Origin: Candidatus Bathyarchaeota archaeon
GTDB taxonomy: Archaea > Thermoproteota > Bathyarchaeia > Bathyarchaeales > Bathycorpusculaceae
Direction: 5' to 3'
NCBI GenBank assembly: GCA_963775895.1
Contig: CAVZKL010000009.1
Location: 32,001 to 96,000 of the forward strand
DNA length: 64,000 bases
A program made the translations under genes and the position numbers. The notes below the pieces were generated by a model. That model did no database searches. It was not told where the DNA came from and saw nothing but the letters and a program-made list of their open reading frames with translations. Of the stretch, positions 11,071-21,406 are shown in pieces. Positions within the stretch are counted from its first letter, which is position 1; every line of letters starts with the position of its first letter.

Positions 11071-13068
11071 ATGGGATATGCAGGCAAGTTTCTCGACGTT
11101 AATCTATCAACCCAAACCATCAGAGAAACAAAGTTCAGCGACGAGATACTCGAAGATTACGTTGGCGGCAGAGGCCTTGCCACAAAAATCCTCTGGGACA
11201 GAATTGGCAAAAAATGGGACAGAATAGACCCACTCGGACCCGACAACCTTCTGTTATTTCTAACGGGACCGTTAACGGGATATTATCCGGGAGGGAGAAC
11301 ATGCGTTTCAGGCAAGTCGCCTCAGAGCAATGGAGTCGTAGGCTCCACCCTTTCTGGCGAATTCGGCGTCGAATTGAGATGCGCCGGATACGATGGTATA
11401 ATCGTGAGCGGAGAATCGGCGAAACCCGTTTACTTGTTCATCAAGGATGCTGACGTTGAACTTCGAGACGCTAGCCACTTCTGGGGTAAAAATGGAAAAC
11501 AAACAGTAGCAACGTTGACAAAAGAATGCAGAGGGCTTCTGAAAAAAAAGTATCCTCTGTTTGGCGAATGGAAAGAACCTGCAATGCTCTACACGGGGCC
11601 TGCTGGAGAGAAAAAAGTCAGAACTGCTGTTGTCATGACAAAATGGTCCCATGCGGCAGGCTACGGGGGCTACGGCGCAGTAATGGGCACAAAAAAACTC
11701 AAAGCGGTGGTCGCAAGAGGAACTGGCCCGCTGCCAGAAGCGGCGGATATCCGCAGAGTTAAGAGATTAATCAGGATCATATGCAAGAACGTGTACAAAT
11801 CGGAAATGTGGCGAAGATGGGGAACCGCAAGTGCAGGTTACGTCGTGGGAGCCAAACTGAGTTCAGAACCCGTTCGCAACTGGCAAGAAGAATGGCATGA
11901 CGAAAAGAGCTTCGGTGTCGACAAGTTCGAAAACCGGCTCTGGGTCAAACAGTACTGGGGTGATTTCGGCTGTCCAACCACCTGTCTAAAACTCTCAGTC
12001 GTCAAGAATGGCAAGTACAAAGGAGCAATCACGGACAACCCGGACTACGAGTTGCAGGCATACTTGGGGCCCAACTTGGGGATATTCACGCCTGAAGAGA
12101 ACGTTTTTCTATCGTCACTGATCGATGATCTAGGACTCTGCGGCATACAAACAGGAAATGTAATGGCGTTTACTGCCGAACTGTTCCAAAAAGGAATTTT
12201 GACCAAAGAGGATCTGGGTGGCTTGGAGCCAAAATGGGGCGATACCGACGCTTTCGCTGAATTGGCAAAGAGAATAGCCACTCGAAAAGGAATAGGGGAT
12301 GTATTGGCAGAAGGAACTTACCGTGCGGCACTGAAGATCGGAAAGATGAAGAAAAAGGATCTGCTTGCTTACGCGGTGCAAGCTAAAGGCATAGCAATCG
12401 GCGCTCACGGTATACGCAGCGGCAAAGATTATCCTGAAACAATCTCATACGCATGCTCGGTGCAATGTGGGGATCACACCTCAACGACAGGACTGCCACT
12501 GGACAAGAACAGTGAACTAATCGAGATCTTCAACGATTCAGGAGTCTACTGCGACTTTAACTGCTTCTCGGTTCCGAAGAACGCAAGATTTGACCTCTAC
12601 TCAGCCGTAACTGGCCTAAGATTGACTCTGAAAGAGTGGGTGAAAACCAAGGCGCGGAAGACTCTTCACCTTCAGAGAACCCTTCTTCTTCTAGGCGGTC
12701 CGGACACGAAATGGAACCCCACGATAGACGACGATAACCCTCCAAGGTTCTATGAACCCTTGCCTTCAGGTCCCTACAAAGGAAAAACAGCTGACAAAAC
12801 CGCGATCGAAGAATACAAAAGCAGGTACTACAAAGCAGTCGATTGGGACGAACACGGCATCCCAACTAGAAAAGCTCTAGAGAAACTTGGTTTGAAAGAC
12901 GTAGATCTAGTACTGGAGAAAGTTCGAAAGAGCAGCCCAGTGAAGACTGCCCGAATTGAAAAAAGAAGAAAGGAACTGAAACTCAGATTATATGGAGTTC
13001 TTTTCCGATTTTCTCGAAAGCGTTTATGGCGAAATCGAGATCCTTCTTGGTTAACGCTGCGTTCATGA
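11071..13068 (+). CDS. Tungsten aldehyde:ferredoxin oxidoreductase family, large subunit (WOR5/GOR-like)
   Basis: MGYAGKFL, GGRGL, KSP, GAVMGTKKLKA, GCPTTC, DDLGL, DDNPPRFYEP. The 3' end overlaps the convergent kbl by 86 bp, so the true stop is uncertain. Confidence 0.9.
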   Translation: MGYAGKFLDVNLSTQTIRETKFSDEILEDYVGGRGLATKILWDRIGKKWDRIDPLGPDNLLLFLTGPLTGYYPGGRTCVSGKSPQSNGVVGSTLSGEFGVELRCAGYDGIIVSGESAKPVYLFIKDADVELRDASHFWGKNGKQTVATLTKECRGLLKKKYPLFGEWKEPAMLYTGPAGEKKVRTAVVMTKWSHAAGYGGYGAVMGTKKLKAVVARGTGPLPEAADIRRVKRLIRIICKNVYKSEMWRRWGTASAGYVVGAKLSSEPVRNWQEEWHDEKSFGVDKFENRLWVKQYWGDFGCPTTCLKLSVVKNGKYKGAITDNPDYELQAYLGPNLGIFTPEENVFLSSLIDDLGLCGIQTGNVMAFTAELFQKGILTKEDLGGLEPKWGDTDAFAELAKRIATRKGIGDVLAEGTYRAALKIGKMKKKDLLAYAVQAKGIAIGAHGIRSGKDYPETISYACSVQCGDHTSTTGLPLDKNSELIEIFNDSGVYCDFNCFSVPKNARFDLYSAVTGLRLTLKEWVKTKARKTLHLQRTLLLLGGPDTKWNPTIDDDNPPRFYEPLPSGPYKGKTADKTAIEEYKSRYYKAVDWDEHGIPTRKALEKLGLKDVDLVLEKVRKSSPVKTARIEKRRKELKLRLYGVLFRFSRKRLWRNRDPSWLTLRS

Positions 13069-14176
13069 TTGTCCGTATTCTGGCCTTGTCTCTTGCAACC
13101 ATCGGGAAAACAATGGGCAATGCAAATATTCCCTCTTCGAAGAGTCGACTGCTCAGTCTCTTGGCTAGACCGCTTTCGCCAACGATGACCGGCGTGATTG
13201 GCGTTTCACTGTTTCCTATGTTGAAGCCCAGATCTTTCATAGCCTTCTTGAAACTCCTAGTGTTTTCCCAGAGTGTCCGCACATGCTGAGGCTCGCTTTC
13301 TAATACGTCCACTGCAGCTATGCATGCGGCTGCCACGGCTGGCGGATGTGATCCGCTGAGGAGCCACGTTCGTGACTTGTTGTAGGCGAAGTTGAAGAGG
13401 TCCTTTGACCCTGATACGTGTCCGCCTACTACGCCGAAGGCCTTTGAAAACGTGCCCATTTCCACTTGGACTTCGTCGCGACCGAGTTTGAAGTGCGAAA
13501 CTATTCCTCTGCCGCCTTCACCCAGCACTCCTTCACCGTGAGCATCATCGACGTAGACCATTGCGCCATGCTCGGCAGCGATTTTAGCGATCCGATCAAG
13601 CGGAGCGATGTCTCCGTCCATCGAGAATACGCCGTCGGTGATTACCAGAATTCGCCTGTAGGGTGGTGAGTGCTTCTCTGCTTCGTCCAAGACGCGTGCC
13701 AGATCATTCGCGTCAGAGTGCTTGTAAACGGCCCTTTCGGCGTGCGCGAGCCGAACACCGTCAATTATGCTGCCGTGATTGAGTTCATCGCTGATTATCA
13801 AATCCTCTTTGCCAACTAGCTGTGGAATCAATCCAGCATTTGCCGCGAAACCCGTCTGATAAACAAGTGAGGCTTCGGCGTGCTTGAATTTTGCGAGGCG
13901 CTTCTCTAACTCGACGTGTAAGTCCATTGTTCCTGCGATAGGTCTTACCGATCCAGATCCTGCGCCGTGCGTTTGGACAGCCTTGAGCGCGGCTTCTTTA
14001 AGCTTGGGATGGTTGCTGAGTCCAAGATAGTTGTTGGAGCAGAACATCAGAACTTTCTTTCCGTCAACAGTGCACCAAGGAGTGCTTGGACCTTGTAGAA
14101 CTCGGATTTTCCAGTCAAGTTCGCTCTTCACCAGTGCTTCATATTCTTCGCGCAGAAATCCTGTTGGGTTTCTCAT
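12983..14176 (-). CDS. kbl: Glycine C-acetyltransferase (2-amino-3-ketobutyrate CoA ligase)
   Basis: CSNNYLGL, SDELNHGSIIDG, DGVFSMDG, DDAHG, GTFSKA, ARIR; adjacent to TDH. Confidence 0.85.
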   Translation of the reverse strand: MRNPTGFLREEYEALVKSELDWKIRVLQGPSTPWCTVDGKKVLMFCSNNYLGLSNHPKLKEAALKAVQTHGAGSGSVRPIAGTMDLHVELEKRLAKFKHAEASLVYQTGFAANAGLIPQLVGKEDLIISDELNHGSIIDGVRLAHAERAVYKHSDANDLARVLDEAEKHSPPYRRILVITDGVFSMDGDIAPLDRIAKIAAEHGAMVYVDDAHGEGVLGEGGRGIVSHFKLGRDEVQVEMGTFSKAFGVVGGHVSGSKDLFNFAYNKSRTWLLSGSHPPAVAAACIAAVDVLESEPQHVRTLWENTRSFKKAMKDLGFNIGNSETPITPVIVGESGLAKRLSSRLFEEGIFALPIVFPMVARDKARIRTIMNAALTKKDLDFAINAFEKIGKELHII

Positions 14177-14240
14177 GTTTGTCCTTCCGTTTTTGCTGTA
14201 TTTTTTGTTCTCCTTCACTTAACTCTTTCTCGCTGAATTG

Positions 14241-15203
14241 CTAAAGTTTGCCATCAGCAAACTTTTTTGACAGTTTCTCTATCATGTCTTTGGTCATTCT
14301 GCGCAAGTCGTAGACGGGTTTGTGGCCCCAGTCTCGACGAGCGGTGCTGTCATCGATGGACATCGGCCACGAGTCAGCAATCTTCTGCCTGAAGTCGGGT
14401 TTGTAAGTACATTTGAACTCCGGAATGTGCTTTTTGATTTCTGCTGCCAATTCAGCCGCAGAAAAGCTCATTGCCGTTAGATTGTAGCTATCGTGACGTT
14501 TCACTTGTGAAGGGTCAGCTTCCATGAGGTCTATGGTCGCTTTGACGCAGTCGGGCATGTACATCATAGGCAAAACCGTGTCCTCACGCACGAAACACGT
14601 GTATTGCTTCTTTTTTATTGCCTCATAGAATATTCCCACCGCGTAGTCCGTGGTTCCCCCTCCCGGAGGGGTCTCACTGCTTATTATGCCTGGGTAACGC
14701 AGTCCTCTAACGTCTAGGCCAAACTTCGCGAAGTAGTAATTGCAGAGAAGTTCTCCTGCAACTTTGGCCACTCCGTAAATTGTTGTGGGGATCAACACCG
14801 TCTCTTGGGGCGTATTAACTCGAGGCGCAGTTGGCCCAAAGACGGCGATTGAACTCGGCCAGAAAACTCGCGTCAACCTCTGTTCTCTCGCAGTCTCCAA
14901 AATGTTGTAGAGGCTGCCCATGTTCACGTTCCAAGCGAGTTGCGGGTCTTGTTCTCCGGTTGCAGAAAGAATGCCGGCCAAATGGTAGATTGTGTCTACG
15001 TCGTATTTCTCAACCGCTTCTTTGACTTTTTCTTTTTGACTGGTATCGATGACTTCGAAGGGGCCTGAATTCATCAGCGCGTCAGTCGGTTTCCTCTTGT
15101 GACCTGCCGCAATAACGTTCTCGTTGCCGTATTTCTTTCTCAAAGCAGGGGTGAGTTCTGAACCTATCTGGCCAGTGGCGCCCGTCACGAGAAGCTTTTT
15201 CAT
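14241..15203 (-). CDS. tdh: L-threonine 3-dehydrogenase, SDR/epimerase type
   Basis: TGATGQIGSEL, LSATGE, PSSIAVFG, YGVAK, PGGGTTDYA, RQKIADSWP. Confidence 0.88.
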   Translation of the reverse strand: MKKLLVTGATGQIGSELTPALRKKYGNENVIAAGHKRKPTDALMNSGPFEVIDTSQKEKVKEAVEKYDVDTIYHLAGILSATGEQDPQLAWNVNMGSLYNILETAREQRLTRVFWPSSIAVFGPTAPRVNTPQETVLIPTTIYGVAKVAGELLCNYYFAKFGLDVRGLRYPGIISSETPPGGGTTDYAVGIFYEAIKKKQYTCFVREDTVLPMMYMPDCVKATIDLMEADPSQVKRHDSYNLTAMSFSAAELAAEIKKHIPEFKCTYKPDFRQKIADSWPMSIDDSTARRDWGHKPVYDLRRMTKDMIEKLSKKFADGKL

Positions 15204-15376
15204 GTTCCGCCTGACCATCTGACGTTCTCCTTTTGTGAGCAACGGTCTAAGATTTCTAGATATAAGAGTTTTCAGACCAAACAGGCTTTTCCACTATTCT
15301 TGAACGGCTTAGTCAACCTCACCATTTACCCAGAATATTCCTGAATGATAAACGGTTTATACCCGCTCTTCTTCAT

Positions 15377-16510
15377 TTGAAGATGACTGAAATGCTTCTA
15401 GGTTTCATCGTTAATCCAATAGCAGGAATGGGAGGTAAAGTGGGACTCAAAGGAACAGATGACGTGCTGAACGAAGCAATATCCAAAGGAGCAACGCCCA
15501 TAGCGCCAGCCAGAGCCATCGAGTTCCTTGAGAAGCTGAAAAAGAATCTGAACGGAGAGTCCATTGAAGTCATCACCTGCCCCGGCATAATGGGTGAAAA
15601 CGAAGCGAGAACTGCGGGCTTCAAGGTCAAAATCCTTCCTATGAAAATCAGAGAAAGAACCACAGCGAGGGACACGAAAACCGCGGTTGACCGTTTAATA
15701 ACCTCAGAAGCGGACTTGATAGTGTTCGTCGGCGGAGACGGAACAGCGAAAGACATCTTCGACGCGATGCAAAGGCGTCGCCAAACACCCGTGCTCGGCG
15801 TACCTTCCGGGGTGAAAATGTACAGCGGCATCTTTGCAGTCAACCCCACGGACGCAGTGGAAGTGGTCCTAGCCTATGCACAGGGGCGTGCAAAACCAAC
15901 GGACTTGGAAATAATGGATTCTGACGAGAAAGCAATACGGGACGATGTCTTCGCCGTGAAACTTCACGGCTTCTTGAAAGCGCCGTTTCTTCCGGCGCAC
16001 ATTCAAGGGAGCAAAGAGGTGAGTCCCGACACTGACGACGAAGCTGACAATCAGAAGGCAATCGCTAAATTCATAATGGAGGAATTGCCTCGTCGAGCGA
16101 CTTTGATTCTCGGTCCTGGAACCACCGTAAAACATGTTGCAGAAATGTTAGGAGTCAAGAAAACGGTTTTAGGAGTTGACGTCTATCAAAACGGACAAGT
16201 TGCTCTTGACGTTGACGAAAAGGAGATTCTGAACCTGATCAAGAGTTGGGAAAACACTTGGATTGTTCTTTCGCCGATCGGACACCAGGGTATACTGTTG
16301 GGAAGAGGAAACCAGCAGATAAGCCCCAGCATAATTGAGAAAGTCGGAAAAGCCCGAATCATCGTTGCGGCAACGAAAAGCAAACTGCAGAATATTGAAG
16401 GCAAAGTCTTGCGGGTTGACACAGGCGATGGTGAGACGGACAAAATGCTCAGAGGCTACGTCAGAGTGGTCACCGATTACAGAGAATGGAGATTGATGCA
16501 AATTCTTTAG
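15377..16510 (+). CDS. ATP-NAD/AcoX kinase family protein
   Basis: NPIAGMGG.VGLKGTD, GGDGTA, PSGVKMYS, GRGNQQIS. Confidence 0.85.
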   Translation: MKMTEMLLGFIVNPIAGMGGKVGLKGTDDVLNEAISKGATPIAPARAIEFLEKLKKNLNGESIEVITCPGIMGENEARTAGFKVKILPMKIRERTTARDTKTAVDRLITSEADLIVFVGGDGTAKDIFDAMQRRRQTPVLGVPSGVKMYSGIFAVNPTDAVEVVLAYAQGRAKPTDLEIMDSDEKAIRDDVFAVKLHGFLKAPFLPAHIQGSKEVSPDTDDEADNQKAIAKFIMEELPRRATLILGPGTTVKHVAEMLGVKKTVLGVDVYQNGQVALDVDEKEILNLIKSWENTWIVLSPIGHQGILLGRGNQQISPSIIEKVGKARIIVAATKSKLQNIEGKVLRVDTGDGETDKMLRGYVRVVTDYREWRLMQIL

Positions 16511-16520
16511 CGCGTTTGTG

Positions 16521-17768
16521 TTAGGATCCAAACTTCTTGGTTTTACCGATGAAACTCATCATAATCGACATAAGGTCAATGCCTCTTATTCTGTTCAATC
16601 CGCCCATTGCGCACGTTCTTTCACCGAATTCGGTCACATCATCACGGCGGACGTCTAGCCCCATTATCGCCACGGGAACGGGATCACCCTCATGATTTCT
16701 CGTCCGCAAGGAGGTGGTGTGATCAGCAGTGACTGCGAGATACGTGGACGTCATGTCGGCGTGATCGATAATGTAGCTGAGCATCTCGTCAACGTGCTCT
16801 GTCGCATCTATTTTCAAGTGGGCGTTCCCGTCGTGACTAGCAACATCAGTCGCCTTCACGTGAACCAATACAAAATCGTTTGACTTCAATGCACGTACAG
16901 CAGCTTTTGCCTTTGCTTGGTAATCAGTTTCCAGGGTTCCGGTGGCACCCTTAACGTCGATCAATTTCATTCCTGCGACTCTGCAAACTCCTCTTATTAG
17001 GGAAACCCCGGCGATGCATGCAGATTTGATGCCGAACTTTTCTTGAAGCAAAGGTATTTGCGGAACAGTGCCAGCGCTTCTGCACAGAATGATGTTAGCT
17101 TCTGGGAGTCCGCGTCGGGCCCTCGCCTTGTTGACTGGGTCCTCTGTCAAGACTTCGTGGAACTTGTCCATGAGCGCGTTAACGATAGCCGCTGTCCGTT
17201 GAGCCTCCTTGGTTCCGTCCAGAACCTTTATTTCCAAAACTTTCTTCCCAGCGGATTCTGGGTCAGAGTCGCTCACTGCGGTAGACAGTTTGGGCCCATG
17301 GATGATGAGGGCTGCTCGATGTTGAACAGCGTTTTTGAACGTGAACTTGACGTCTGGATATTTAACGAGTTTGACCTTCTGAAGTTTCGCCGAAAGTAGC
17401 GAAGCATCTTCGTTAGCGATTCTTCCTGCTCGTCTATCTAAGACAACTAGGTCTTTATCGACGGTCGCAAAATTGCACCTGAAAGCAACGTCTCCGGAAA
17501 GAACCTCAAGACCCATGCCCAGTGCTTCGAGCGCGCCTCTCCCCCTGTAAACCTTTGACGGGTCGTATCCAAGCATTGCGAGCGTCGCAGTATCGCTTCC
17601 TGGTGGGATGCCTGGAGCAATCGGATCGATTATGCCGCAGATGCCGTTTGCAGCTATTCGGTTCATTGCAGGCTTTTTAGCCACTTCCAGAGGCGTCTTC
17701 CAACCCAATTCTTTCAAGGGCCTATCCGCCATTCCGTCAGCGATAAGTAAGATTGCTTTGGGACCCAT
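16521..17768 (-). CDS. apgM: 2,3-bisphosphoglycerate-independent phosphoglycerate mutase (archaeal)
   Basis: DGMADRP, PGSD, GRGALEA, AFRCNFAT, DRRAGRI, D.ASHDG, TADHTT. Confidence 0.93.
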   Translation of the reverse strand: MGPKAILLIADGMADRPLKELGWKTPLEVAKKPAMNRIAANGICGIIDPIAPGIPPGSDTATLAMLGYDPSKVYRGRGALEALGMGLEVLSGDVAFRCNFATVDKDLVVLDRRAGRIANEDASLLSAKLQKVKLVKYPDVKFTFKNAVQHRAALIIHGPKLSTAVSDSDPESAGKKVLEIKVLDGTKEAQRTAAIVNALMDKFHEVLTEDPVNKARARRGLPEANIILCRSAGTVPQIPLLQEKFGIKSACIAGVSLIRGVCRVAGMKLIDVKGATGTLETDYQAKAKAAVRALKSNDFVLVHVKATDVASHDGNAHLKIDATEHVDEMLSYIIDHADMTSTYLAVTADHTTSLRTRNHEGDPVPVAIMGLDVRRDDVTEFGERTCAMGGLNRIRGIDLMSIMMSFIGKTKKFGS

Positions 17769-18015
17769 TCTGAGTTCATTCCTCTTTGTTGAAAACTAGT
17801 GTTGAATTTGCTGCGTTGAGATTAAAGCGTTTGCGCATGTGGCTCCATGCTCCGGGAGAAAATGTTTAATAGTTTCTTCGTCGATGTGGTTGCAAGTGGT
17901 CAAAATGGGCGATTGCGTTCCACATCGCTGAATTCTGTGAAAACGCAGCCCATTCTATGAAAAAATCCACGGAAAAACTATATTCTACCTCTAGAAAACA
18001 AAGGGAGAGATCTTA

Positions 18016-19479
18016 ATGGCAAGAACAACAAGAACGGATGAAAAAGTGATCTCGAGAGAAAAATGGAGCAAACATTTCGGCAAATGGTTTAGAAAAGTTT
18101 TGATTGAAGGAAAAATCTTCGATTACAGGTATCCGATTAAAGGACTGGGAGTCTGGCTTCCTTACGGGTTCAAAATACGTGAAAGCGTTTTCAGGGTGAT
18201 TCGAAATCAGCTGGACTCGACAGGACACGGTGAAGCCTTGTTTCCACTTCTAATCCCAGAAGCATCCTTGCAGAAAGAAGCTGAACACGTTGAAGGATTT
18301 GAAGCTCAGGTCTTCTGGGTGACCCAAGGCGGACAAGCGCAGCTAAAATCGCGACTGGCCCTAAGGCCGACGAGTGAAACCATCATAGGTCCTATGCAGC
18401 ATTTGTGGATACGCTCATACACCGATCTGCCGTTGAAGCTCTACCAAATAGTGACTGTTTTCAGGTACGAGACAAAAGCAACCAGACCGATTCTGAGGAT
18501 GCGAGAGTTCGATTTCAAAGAGGCGCATACTGCACATGCTACAGAAGACGAGGCTGAAGCAGAAGTTAGAGAAGAAATCGACAACTACAAGAAAATCTTT
18601 GACAAACTGTGCGTGGCCTACTACATCTCAAGAAGACCCGAATGGGACAAATTTGCTGGCGCAAAATACACGACTGCCTTCGACATGATTTGCCCAGACG
18701 GCAGAACGCTGCAAATAGGCACGGTGCACAACCTCGGTCAACACTTCTCAAAAGCATTCGACGTCTCATACGAAACAAAAGACGGCGGCAGAGAATACGT
18801 GTGGCAGACATGCGCCGGCATTTCAGGAAGAGGAATAGCATCAGTACTGATCATGCATGGCGACGACCATGGAGTGACATTACCGCCTGAGATCGCGCCA
18901 ATCCAGATCATAATTATCCCAATTCCGTACAAGGGAAAAACAGAACTCGTGAACAAAGAATGCCAGAAAGCCGCACATGAACTGGAACAGAAAGGGTTCA
19001 GAGTGGAAGTTGACCTCAGAGAAGACATCACACCGGGCTCAAAATACTTTGACTGGGAACTGAGAGGAGTGCCAATTCGGGTTGAGATAGGCCCGCGAGA
19101 CATCGAAAGAAACGAGGTCACAATCGTCAGAAGAGACAACCTTACAAAACAAATCTGCAAGCGAAATGAACTGCCAGAACTCGTCAACAGCATCGCGAAC
19201 GTCATGACTGATGACCTGAGACAAAGAGCGTGGGAGTGGACGAATCGACACTTTCACCGAGCTAAAACTCTCGAAGAAACAAAAGGACTCCTTGAAAAAC
19301 ATGCTGGAATCGTTGAAGTACCTTGGTGTGGAAAAGCAGAGTGTGGCCACAAACTCGAAGAAACTGCCAACGCCCGAGTGTTAGGCACTCCGGAAGATGC
19401 AGAACAAGAAACAAAGGGAACGTGCGTAGTCTGTGGTGAAAAAACTGAAACCGTGGTCAGGACAGCAATCGCTTACTAA
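18016..19479 (+). CDS. proS: Proline--tRNA ligase (archaeal type)
   Basis: LRPTSET, FRYETK, KEAHTAH, anticodon-binding domain, C-terminal Zn domain ending AY. Confidence 0.96.
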   Translation: MARTTRTDEKVISREKWSKHFGKWFRKVLIEGKIFDYRYPIKGLGVWLPYGFKIRESVFRVIRNQLDSTGHGEALFPLLIPEASLQKEAEHVEGFEAQVFWVTQGGQAQLKSRLALRPTSETIIGPMQHLWIRSYTDLPLKLYQIVTVFRYETKATRPILRMREFDFKEAHTAHATEDEAEAEVREEIDNYKKIFDKLCVAYYISRRPEWDKFAGAKYTTAFDMICPDGRTLQIGTVHNLGQHFSKAFDVSYETKDGGREYVWQTCAGISGRGIASVLIMHGDDHGVTLPPEIAPIQIIIIPIPYKGKTELVNKECQKAAHELEQKGFRVEVDLREDITPGSKYFDWELRGVPIRVEIGPRDIERNEVTIVRRDNLTKQICKRNELPELVNSIANVMTDDLRQRAWEWTNRHFHRAKTLEETKGLLEKHAGIVEVPWCGKAECGHKLEETANARVLGTPEDAEQETKGTCVVCGEKTETVVRTAIAY

Positions 19480-19499
19480 CGTGAAGGATGCGCGCTTCG

Positions 19500-21335
19500 C
19501 TACAGCGAAAGCTTCACCCTTCCACTGAGTTCTCTTGCCACATCCTCCAACCCTAGTTTCGTCAACGTTGACCCTGAAGGTATCCCACGTTCATCCCATC
19601 CTCGTTTTTGATAATATGCCTGTAACATATTGGTAAATTGGGCTTTGTCGAGTTTCTTGCCTTTCAACGGTCCTTGGGTCAAGGGCTCCTCAAACCAGCG
19701 CGCAGGAGGAAGGTCCATTTCAGCGCTCCATTTGCTGCCAAATTCGCGGACCCAGAAAGCCCTGATTAGGTTGAAGACTCGGTCGGCGATCAAGTCCAGA
19801 GTCTTCCAAGGCATTTCCACTCCTGTCACTGCACGCAAGAACTTTGGGTACCACTCAAGCTCAAACCCCACTTCGATCCACGGTAACCGACAAACCGTTA
19901 AACATTCGAAAACTCCTCCGCGGATGCGTTGCAACTCGATGACTTTGTCAACCTTCTCGGTCGTGTATCCTTCTCTGCCGGTTTTCACTTCCCAGGAAAT
20001 CACCCATGCGTCTTTGTGATGAGCGCCGATGGAAGATGTCGCGTAGGCGAGAGCCATGGCGGGTGTTGTGTGACAATCGTACGCCGAAGTTTCCAGACCT
20101 TTAACATGCATGGCCCACCGATCCGATCCGTTCCCTATTTCTTGTGAAGCCGCATAGACTCCATCGGCTAGCATATTGCCCAAGTAGCCTTTCCGGTGCG
20201 CAATGTCCGTGATTAGGGCCCTGGTTGCTTTGTATTTGCCCCACGGCAACCTTTCTTTGATAAGTCCCTTTTCAGATGCTTCCATGGCGAAGCCAAGAAC
20301 GTTGCCTAACGAGATGGCGTCCAAACCGTACTCGTCAGCCACTCTGTTTAGTGCCGCGACACTCTTGAGGTTGCCCAATCCGATGTTTGATCCAAGCATG
20401 GCGACGTTTTCATAATCAAGTTCGGACTCCTTTCTGTCTGAATCTTTGACGACGTTGCCGCAGGTCATGTTGCACATGGGGCAACCACGGTTGGAGACTT
20501 TCATTTTCTCCATGGCAAAGCCTCCTATGCCGTTTGCCTTTTTGAAAACTCCCTCGCGGTAGTTGCACGTTGGAAGCACACTGTTCTCTTGACTCCATTC
20601 GATCGTACTCATCGTGCCTTGACGTTTCCAGAAAACATAGTTAGGCTTCGCGAGAACTTCTCTGTACGCTTCATCTCCGAGATCCTTGATTTCCTTAGCA
20701 TCGGCAGATGGCAACTCGTTAGAGCCGATAAAAATCACCGCCTTCAGGTTCTTGGAGCCCATGACGGCGCCCATGCCAGGTCTACCTCCAGCGCGGCCTT
20801 CTTGGGAAACGATATTAGCGTATTTCACGAGGTTTTCTCCAGCTTGGCCTATGCATAGAATGCCTGCCATCCGCCCGTAGGGCTCCGCGAGTTTTCTTTC
20901 GGTCTCAAAAGAGTTGGCACCCCACAATTCCCTCGCGTCAAAGAAGTCTGCGGCATCATCCCGAATCAGTAGAACTATCGGGTTTTTGGCCTTGCCTTCA
21001 ACGACAACGGCGTCATATCCAGCTTTGCGCATTTGAACGGAGGCGAGGGTGCCTATGTTTCCGTCTCCGTAACCCCAAGTCAGTGGGCTCTTGGCAGCTA
21101 CGATTAGTTTGCCACTGCTTGGAAGTGCAAAGCCTGTTAGTGGTCCTGCAGCAAAGACGAGTCGATTTTCAGGCGAAAGTGGGTCCACCCCAGGTTTGAG
21201 TTCATCCCAAAGGATTTTGGCGGCGAACCCTCTGCCCCCCAGAAAATTCTTTGCCATTTTGGCGTCGTACTTGTCTGCGACCGCTTTTTCTTTGCTGAGG
21301 TTCACGTGCAAAATTCTTCCGTTCCAACCGAACAT
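19500..21335 (-). CDS. Tungsten aldehyde/formaldehyde ferredoxin oxidoreductase
   Basis: MFGWNGRIL, AKSPLT, GGRPGMGAVMGSKNLKA, CPMCNMTC, DEYGLD, GAHH. Confidence 0.92.
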   Translation of the reverse strand: MFGWNGRILHVNLSKEKAVADKYDAKMAKNFLGGRGFAAKILWDELKPGVDPLSPENRLVFAAGPLTGFALPSSGKLIVAAKSPLTWGYGDGNIGTLASVQMRKAGYDAVVVEGKAKNPIVLLIRDDAADFFDARELWGANSFETERKLAEPYGRMAGILCIGQAGENLVKYANIVSQEGRAGGRPGMGAVMGSKNLKAVIFIGSNELPSADAKEIKDLGDEAYREVLAKPNYVFWKRQGTMSTIEWSQENSVLPTCNYREGVFKKANGIGGFAMEKMKVSNRGCPMCNMTCGNVVKDSDRKESELDYENVAMLGSNIGLGNLKSVAALNRVADEYGLDAISLGNVLGFAMEASEKGLIKERLPWGKYKATRALITDIAHRKGYLGNMLADGVYAASQEIGNGSDRWAMHVKGLETSAYDCHTTPAMALAYATSSIGAHHKDAWVISWEVKTGREGYTTEKVDKVIELQRIRGGVFECLTVCRLPWIEVGFELEWYPKFLRAVTGVEMPWKTLDLIADRVFNLIRAFWVREFGSKWSAEMDLPPARWFEEPLTQGPLKGKKLDKAQFTNMLQAYYQKRGWDERGIPSGSTLTKLGLEDVARELSGRVKLSL

Positions 21336-21406
21336 GTCGTTTACCTTCCTGAAAATCAGTTTGTGAATATATTCAGTTGACGGCAGATAAGGCTAACCCT
21401 TTGCCG

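Noticed and set aside
12930-13068. AOR C-terminal tail overlapping convergent kbl by 86 bp as antisense regulation
   Set aside because: The tail is low-complexity and beyond the family C-terminus, so a lost stop or indel is more likely
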